Shown piece by piece: positions 10,401 to 19,400 of a DNA stretch of 32,000 nt (position 1 is the stretch's first letter; each line of letters starts with the position of its first letter). The notes under the pieces are model-generated. The model did no database searches and was not told where the DNA came from. It saw only the letters and a list, made by a program, of their open reading frames with translations. The translations under genes and the position numbers were made by a program. Source of the DNA: Bacillus subtilis subsp. subtilis str. 168 (GTDB taxonomy: Bacteria; Bacillota; Bacilli; Bacillales; Bacillaceae); contig NC_000964.3 in NCBI RefSeq assembly GCF_000009045.1, positions 1,830,001-1,862,000 of the forward strand. Reading direction: 5' to 3'.

Positions 10401-13400
10401 ACGCTGAAACTTTATTGCTTCAGCCCGTTTGGCAAGAACAAAAGGCTGCTAACAGCTTAGCTGCAAAAAAATATGCAGAGCATCTCGTATTCCTATGTGA
10501 ATATGATCATGAGACGAGAAAACAAATTGAAGCAGCCATCGAGGATGTCCATGTATACAGCCTGGAAGCAAGGCCTTCTTCAGTAGATGGGCGTTTCCAT
10601 TCTTATACAGAACAAGTGTTTAAAAAGGTACAAGAGATCATTCGTACGAAACCGAAAGACGGCATTCTCGTTCAGATCGTGACCTCTGCCGAGGGAGAAC
10701 AGCAATTGTTTTCAGGGTTGACAGGACTGCTGAAAACAGCTTGTCAGGAAAATGCCAAACTAACCGGCCAAATGATTGAAGTCAGCAGTGAAGAAAGTGG
10801 AGAAAGCATTGCTGGCAAACTGTTAGAAAATCAAATGAGCAGCGATTCATATGTCAAATATCAAAACGGGACACGGTATATTGCTGATTGGCGTGAAATC
10901 AAACAGGCAAAAGGAGACGGCAGCAAACCGTGGAAAGACAATGGCGTTTATCTCATTTCAGGAGGTGCCGGCGGACTAGGTCATATTTTTGCAAAGGAAA
11001 TTGCGGAACAAACGAAAAATGCGACAGTCATTCTGGCGGGCCGCTCACCTCTTAGCGAAAGCAAAAGCAAAAAGCTGAAAGAGCTTCATAGCAAGGGGGC
11101 TGACATCACCTACCGGCAAACAGATGTTACCAATAAAATTGAAGTCTATCAGCTCATTGACGACATTCAAAAAAGATATGGCCGTCTGAACGGTATTCTT
11201 CATAGTGCCGGAATCATCAAGGACAGCTACCTGGTTAATAAACAGGCAAAAGATCTGCACGATGTACTGGCGCCTAAAGTAAAAGGGCTTGTTTATCTAG
11301 ACGAAGCGAGTAAGGATTTGCCTTTAGACTTCTTTATTCTCTTTTCATCTCTTTCAGGAAGTTTAGGGAGCATTGGTCAGTCTGACTATGCGGCAGCCAA
11401 TGTATTTATGGATATGTATGCAGGCTATCGAAATAGGCTTGCCGACCTCAGCCAGCGGCATGGGCAGACGCTTTCTGTAAACTGGCCTTTATGGAGAGAT
11501 GGAGGCATGCAGGTCGATCAAGAAACTGAGAAAAGGCTTGTGCAACTTGCCGGTATTGTTCCTATGAGGGCGGAAAAAGGAATTCAGGCATTATATCAAG
11601 CACTTCATTCAGAGGCAAACCAAGTAATGGTGATCGAAGGCGATGTGCAGAAAATAAAACAAAACATGCTGGCCAAAAACGCCTCAGCACCTATGGAAAA
11701 GAAGGAAGCAGAACACATGACTGAACAAATAAATAGCATTGATGCAGACAGTTTGCTGGATAAAGTAAAGGCGATGTTAAAGCGAGAGATCGCCAAGCTG
11801 TTAAAGGTCAAGCTTGAAACGATTGACGATCATGCAGAGATGACGGTGTATGGTTTTGATTCTATCTCCATGACTGAATTCACCAACCATATCAATCGCG
11901 CCTATCAGTTAGAGCTGACGCCAACCGTATTTTTTGACCACCCGACGATTCATGCGTTTGGCAAGCATTTGTCAGAAGAATATCAATCGGTATTTGCGAA
12001 GACATTTGCTGTGCGCGCTGTATCGGCTCAGCTTCAGCCTGCTGCGAAACAGGAACAAGCCGTGCGTGCCAAAGCTAAAAGACGCAGAAAGCAGCAAGTC
12101 ATGCTGCCAAACGCCATACAGAGTGATGCTGGGCCTGAGCCAATTGCCATTGTGGGCATAAGCGGGATTTTCCCTATGGCGAAAGACGTTGAGGCGTACT
12201 GGAACATCTTAAAAGAGGGCAAAGACTGCATGACGGAAATCCCGAAAGATCGCTGGGATTGGCGTGAATATGAAGGTGATCCGGCGAAGGAAGTCAATAA
12301 AACGAACGTGAAATGGGGCGGTTTTATTGACGGTATTGCAGATTTTGATCCATTATTCTTTGGCATTTCCCCGCGTGAAGCTGAACAAATGGAACCTCAG
12401 CAGCGCTTACTGCTGACTTACGCCTGGAAAGCGATCGAAGATGCAGGATATTCGGCGAAAAGGTTGTCAGGCACAAAAACCGGCGTCTTCATCGGAACGG
12501 GAAATACAGGATACAGCTCTCTTCTATCTAAAGCGAACTCGGCAATAGAAGGATCAGCGGCAGCCAATACGAGCCCATCGGTCGGTCCGAACCGGGTCAG
12601 TTATTTCCTTAATCTGCATGGGCCGAGCGAACCGGTTGATACAGCGTGCTCAAGTTCACTAGTGGCGATCCACCATGCCATCTCTTCAATTGAGGAAGGC
12701 ACTTGTGACATGGCATTAGCCGGCGGTGTAAATACGATTATCCTTCCTGAGGTGTATATCAGCTTTGATAAGGCGGGAGCACTGAGCAAAGAAGGAAAAT
12801 GCAAGACGTTTTCAAATCAAGCCGATGGTTTTGCACATGGGGAAGGTGCCGGCATACTGTTCCTGAAAAAATTAAAAGCGGCTGAAGAAGCGGGAGACCA
12901 TATTTACGGAGTCATAAAAGGCAGTGCAATCAATCACGGCGGCCGTGCAGCCTCTTTAACGACTCCCAATCCGAAGGCGCAGGCAGATGTTATTCAGTCG
13001 GCATATCAAAAAGCGGGAATCGACCCGAAAACCGTGACCTACATTGAAGCCCACGGAACCGGAACGGAGCTTGGAGACCCGGTTGAAATTAACGGTTTGA
13101 AATCAGCTTTTAAAGCATTGGGTGTAAATGAAGGAGACACATCAGCCAATCCTTACTGCGGATTAGGGTCTGTAAAGACAAACATCGGCCACTTATCGCT
13201 GGCAGCCGGTGCAGCAGGAGTTATTAAAATATTATTGCAGCTTAAGCATAAAACCTTAGTGAAAAGTCTGCATTGCGAAAACGTGAATCCATACATTCAG
13301 CTGAAAAACAGTCCGTTCTATATCGTACGGGAAACGGAAGAATGGAAAGCGCTGAAAAATGAACAGGGAGAAGAGCTTCCTCGACGGGCAGGTGTCAGTT

Positions 13401-16400
13401 CATTTGGAATCGGCGGAGTAAACGCCCACGTGATTATCGAGGAATATATTCCGGAAGCATCCGATGAGAATATACCATCCATCGCGCCGGAACATCCGGG
13501 TATCTTCGTTTTATCGGCTAAAAATGAAGCGCGGCTAAAAGAACATGCACAGCAGCTGGCAGATGCGCTTGATAAGCAAACATATAGTGACGTAAATCTC
13601 GCCCGAATCGCTTATACACTGCAAGCCGGACGGGATGCGATGGAAGAACGTCTCGGGATTATTTCCGGTTCCATTGAGGATTTACAGAAAAAGTTAAAAG
13701 ACTTTGCAGCGGAGAAAAGCGGTGTGGAGGATGTATTTAAAGGCAGGATTGATAAAGGCACACTCCAAATGCTGACAGAGGACGAAGAGATTCAAGAAGC
13801 CGTCGAGAAATGGATGGAACGGGGAAAGTATGCAAAATTGCTTGAATTATGGGTAAAAGGGCTTGATGTAGACTGGACGAAATTGTATGGCGAGAATCTG
13901 CCAAAGCGCATCAGCTTGCCGACGTATCCTTTCGCAAAAGACCGTTATTGGATCTCTGATCATATTGAAAAAAGCGGCAGCATTGATGCAAATCAAGCAG
14001 CCTCCCGCCTTGGCGGAGCCGTGCTGCATCCATTAATGCATCAAAACACATCCAATCTCTCGGAACAAAGGTTTAGCTCTATTTATACGGGAGAAGAGTT
14101 TTTCCTTGCTGATCATGTTGTGAAAGGCCAACGGATTTTGCCGGGAGTGGCTCATCTTGAATTGGCGCGGGCAGCTGTTGAGCAGGCCGCAGAGGTACAA
14201 GGTGTACCGCGCATCATGAAGCTAAAGAATGCGGTGTGGGTGCGGCCTATTGTTGTAGAGGATCAGCCGCAGCAAGTACACATTAGGCTTTTACCGGGAG
14301 AAAATGGTGAGATCTCTTATGAAATCTATGGTCATTCAGACGTTACTGGCGAACAGTCAATCGTCTACAGTCAAGGCAGCGCGGTATTGAATCCTGCTGA
14401 AAATTTGCCGGCGGTTGATTTGCAATCTCTGCGGGAGCAGTGTCAGGAAAGTCATTTCAGCGTAAACGAAGTATACGACACCTATCGAATGATTGGATTT
14501 GAATATGGTCCTGCTTATCGCGGAGTGAAAAAAATCTATACAGCTGAACAATTTGTTTTGGCAAAATTGTCATTGCATCCGTCAGCTGCAGATACGCTCA
14601 GCCAATACAAAATGCACCCTGGGCTGATGGATTCTGCTTTGCAGGCGTCAAGCATTTTGACAGGAGCCGGGGATAACCAGCTGACACTGCCTTTTGCGGT
14701 CCAGGAGCTTGAAGTCTTCGGAGCATGTTCGTCAGAAATGTGGGTATACGCAAGATACAGCCAAGGCAGCAAGGCAACTGATAAGGTGCAAAAGCGCGAT
14801 ATGGATATTTTAGATGAGAGCGGCAATGTTTGCGTACGGATGAAAGGATTATCTTTCAGAGCAGCAGAAGGCGGCTCTGGATCGGCGGAATCTGATCAAA
14901 CGCTGGCAACCCTGATGTTTGAAGAAAAATGGGTGCCCAAGGATTTTAAAAAAGAAAGTCCTGAGCCTCATTACGAACGGCACATTGTCATGCTTTGCGA
15001 CATGAATGGCCTCTCAAAAGATCGCATTGAATCAAGAATGACAGGAGCGGAATGCATCGTTTTGGAGTCATTCCGCGAAGGACTTGCAGAGAGGTTCCAA
15101 GATTATGCCGAACAAGCGCTTGAGACGGTCCAGGGTCTTCTCAAAAGCAGACCTCAGGGCAATGTTCTGATCCAGCTGCTTACCTCTGCACAAAGAAAGC
15201 AGTACTCATTCTCAGGGCTATCGGCGCTCCTTAAAACCGCCGGCCTGGAGAATAAAAAACTAATCGGCCAGACGATTGAAATCGATTCACATGAAAATGT
15301 TGAAAGTGTAATAGAAAAACTGAAAGAGAATAAAAGGCACACAGAAGATCAGCACATCAAATATGAAAAAGGCAAACGGTACATCAATGATCTGGATGAA
15401 ATGCAAATAGATGATCGGGAAATAAGCATGCCGTGGAGAGATAAAGGTGTATACCTCATCACGGGCGGCGCAGGAGGACTTGGGTTTATTTTTGCAAAAG
15501 AGATTGCTCGCCAAGCCGAACAGCCTGTGCTCATTCTGACAGGCAGATCCGCGTTGAATGCGGATCAGCAGGCGGAGCTTAACGAACTTCAGCAATTAGG
15601 GGCTCGCGCAGAATACAGGCAGGTTGACGTGACACAAACGGAAGCAGCCTCCGAGCTTATCACAAGCATTACGTCTGATTACGAAGACTTGAATGGTGTC
15701 ATTCACAGCGCTGGGCTGATTAAAGATAACTATCTTATGAGCAAAACCAATGAAGAGCTGACACAAGTTCTCGCTCCTAAGGTGAAAGGGCTTGTGAATG
15801 TGGATGAGGCAACCGAGCATCTTGCGTTAGATTTCTTTATCCTCTTTTCTTCAATATCAAGTGTTGCCGGCAGCGCGGGACAGGCCGATTATGCAATGGC
15901 TAATGCATTTATGGACAGTTATGCTGCTTATCGGAATGCGCTTGTAACCGCCATGTACAGGCACGGACAAACGTTGTCAATCAATTGGCCGCTCTGGAAA
16001 GAAGGCGGCATGCGCGCGAATAAAGAAATTGAAAACATGACGTTGAAAAACACAGGTGTGACTCCAATGCGGACCGAGACCGGCATTCAAGCGCTGTATA
16101 AAGGTTTGGCATTTGGCAAAGATCAAGTCATCGTCATGGAAGGATTCAAAGACATGATGAGGGAAAAGCTGACTCAAAAGCCGTCTTCTGATGATGTACC
16201 AATGAAAACAGTGCAAGTACGGGTGACATCTGAAGCAAGAATGGATCAAGGGAATATGTTTGACCACATTCAAGAAGTTTTAAAGCAAACAATCTCTCAA
16301 TTGCTCAAAATCAAACCTGAAGAGATTGACCCGGACATGGAGTTTAATCAATATGGATTTGATTCGATTACGTTAACTGAATTCGCAAATACACTGAATG

Positions 16401-19400
16401 AGAAGTGCAAGCTGGATCTTACGCCTACGGTCTTCTTTGAGCACGCAACTGTTTATGCATTTGCAGGGTATCTGTCAGAAGAATATCCAAATGCTTTTAC
16501 AGCTCAAACGCCTGCCAAAGCTGAGGTGCTGATGCAGCCTGTCGAACAGAATATAAAAAATATGACGTTTTCGACTGAAAACCGCTTTGTAAAACCTTCG
16601 GTAACACCAATGCAAAAGGAAGCTGATCACAAGCCTGAGCCTATTGCGATTGTGGGGATGAGCGGCGTTTTCCCAAAGGCAAAAGACGTTGAGGAATATT
16701 GGAAGAACCTGTCATCGGGCGCAGATTGTATTACAGAGGTTCCAAAAGACCGCTGGGATTGGCAGGAGTATTACGGAGACCCTCTGAAAGAAGCGAATAA
16801 AACAAACGTCAAATGGGGCGGTTTTATTGATGAAGTTGCTGACTTTGATCCATTGTTCTTCGGCATATCTCCGCTGGAGGCTGAGCAGATGGAGCCTCAG
16901 CAGCGCCTGTTAATGACCTATGCGTGGAAGGCGGTAGAAGAAGCGGGACACTCAGCGAGAAGCCTGGCAGGAACCAAAACGGGCATCTTCATCGGGACAG
17001 GAAACACAGGGTACAGTTCACTTCTGTCAAATGTAGACATCGAAGGCTCAGCGGCTGCGAATATGAGTCCTTCTGCAGGACCGAATAGAGTCAGTTATTT
17101 CCTGAACATTCATGGGCCGAGTGAACCGATCGACACTGCGTGCTCAAGCTCTTTGGTCGCCATTCATCATGCGGTTTGCGCCATTGAAAATGGAAACTGT
17201 GAAATGGCGATTGCGGGAGGGGTCAACACGGTCGTAACTCCGCAAGGCCATATCGCCTATGATAAAGCCGGGGCGCTGAGCAAAGAAGGAAGATGCAAAA
17301 CATTTTCTGACAAAGCCGATGGATTCGCAGTCAGTGAAGGTGCCGGCATTCTCTTTCTGAAAAAGCTGACAGCGGCTGAACGAGACGGTGATCATATTTA
17401 CGGTGTCATTAAAGGAAGTGCGGTAAACCACGGTGGCCGCGCAAATTCTCTAACGACTCCTAATCCGAAAGCTCAGGCGGATGTCGTAAAAACAGCATAT
17501 GAAAAAGCGGGAATTGATCCAAGAACCGTAACTTATATTGAAGCGCATGGGACTGGAACAGAGCTGGGCGATCCAGTAGAAATCAACGGCTTAAAAGCGG
17601 CATTTAAAGAGCTGTATGAAAAAACGGGGGACCCGGCTGTTCATGGCAGCCATTGCGGACTTGGGTCAGCGAAAACAAACATCGGTCACTTATCACTGGC
17701 GGCCGGTGTGGCTGGTGTCATTAAAGTGTTATTGCAGCTCAAGCATAAAACGCTTGTCAAAAGTCTGTACAGTGAAACTGTTAATCCGTATATCAGACTG
17801 GATGACAGCCCGTTTTATATTGTGCAGGAATCGAGAGAGTGGCAGGCGCTTCGGGATGAAGCCGGCCGAGAGCTGCCGCGCCGCGCAGGTATCAGTTCGT
17901 TCGGGATAGGCGGCGTCAATGCCCACGTGGTCATTGAGGAATATATTCCGAAAGAAACAACCCATCCTGCAACAGCACCAGCCGTGACAGCACAGCACCC
18001 GGGCATCTTTATTTTGTCGGCAAAGGATGAAGATCGTCTGAAAGACCAAGCCCGGCAATTAGCAGACTTTATCAGCAAGCGATCTATCACTGCTCGTGAC
18101 CTCACTGATATTGCTTATACACTCCAAGAGGGGCGTGATGCAATGGAGGAGAGATTAGGGATCATCGCTGTCTCGACTGGGGACTTGCTGGAAAAACTGA
18201 ACCTCTTTATAGAAGGGGGCACCAATGCGAAGTACATGTACAGAGGCAGAGCAGAAAAAGGTATCGCACAAACATTGAGATCAGATGACGAAGTACAGAA
18301 AACGCTCAACAATAGCTGGGAGCCTCACATATATGAAAGACTGCTTGATTTATGGGTAAAAGGCATGGAAATAGGCTGGAGTAAACTGTATGACGGCAAA
18401 CAGCCGAAACGCATCAGCCTCCCTACCTATCCATTTGCGAAAGAACGCTACTGGATAACGGATACGAAAGAGGAGGCAGCCGCCCATCAAACAGCTTTAA
18501 AAACAGTCGAATCAGCAGCTTTGCATCCATTGATACATGTCAACACATCTGATTTGTCAGAGCAGCGTTTCAGCTCGGCCTTTACAGGTGCTGAGTTCTT
18601 TTTCGCCGATCATAAGGTGAAGGGAAAACCGGTTATGCCGGGCGTGGCATATCTTGAGATGGTTCATGCTGCCGTTACAAGAGCAGTGAGAAGAACCGAA
18701 GATCAACAATCTGTTATTCACATCAAAAATGTTGTGTGGGTGCAGCCGATTGTGGCGGATGGCCAGCCTGTTCAAGTGGATATCAGTCTAAATCCCCAGC
18801 AGGACGGCGAGATTGCTTTTAACGTCTATACAGAGGCTGCACACAATGATCGAAAGATACATTGTCAAGGCAGTGCTTCAATCCGTGGGGCAGGAGACAT
18901 TCCAGTCCAGGATATCAGCGCGCTTCAAGACCAATGCAGTTTAAGCACACTCTCACACGACCAGTGTTATGAATTGTTTAAGGCGATCGGCATTGACTAC
19001 GGACCTGGTTTTCAAGGGATAGATCGGCTTTACATCGGCCGCAATCAAGCCTTGGCAGAGCTTTCTCTGCCTGCTGGTGTAACTCACACACTGAATGAAT
19101 TCGTTCTTCATCCAAGTATGGCCGACTCTGCTTTACAAGCGTCGATCGGGCTAAAGCTGAATTCCGGTGACGAGCAGCTTTCTCTGCCTTTTGCGCTGCA
19201 AGAGCTAGAAATATTCAGCCCGTGTACAAATAAAATGTGGGTGTCTGTGACATCTCGTCCTAATGAGGACAAAATACAGAGACTGGATATTGATTTGTGT
19301 GATGAACAAGGCCGAGTGTGTGTAAGAATCAAGGGGATTACCTCAAGGCTGCTGGAAGAAGGCATACAACCGCCAGACGGGCCGACATCACTAGGAAACT

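Larger units (their letters stand above)
12137..17950 (+). repeat. Two consecutive highly similar modules in PksN; the most similar pair of arms is KS2 (12137-13450) and KS3 (16637-17950)
   Basis: Long blocks shared at protein level, e.g. TNVKWGGFIDGIADFDPLFFGISPREAEQMEPQQRLLLTYAWKAIEDAG vs TNVKWGGFIDEVADFDPLFFGISPLEAEQMEPQQRLLMTYAWKAVEEAG, followed by matching DH and KR blocks. Confidence 0.85.
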
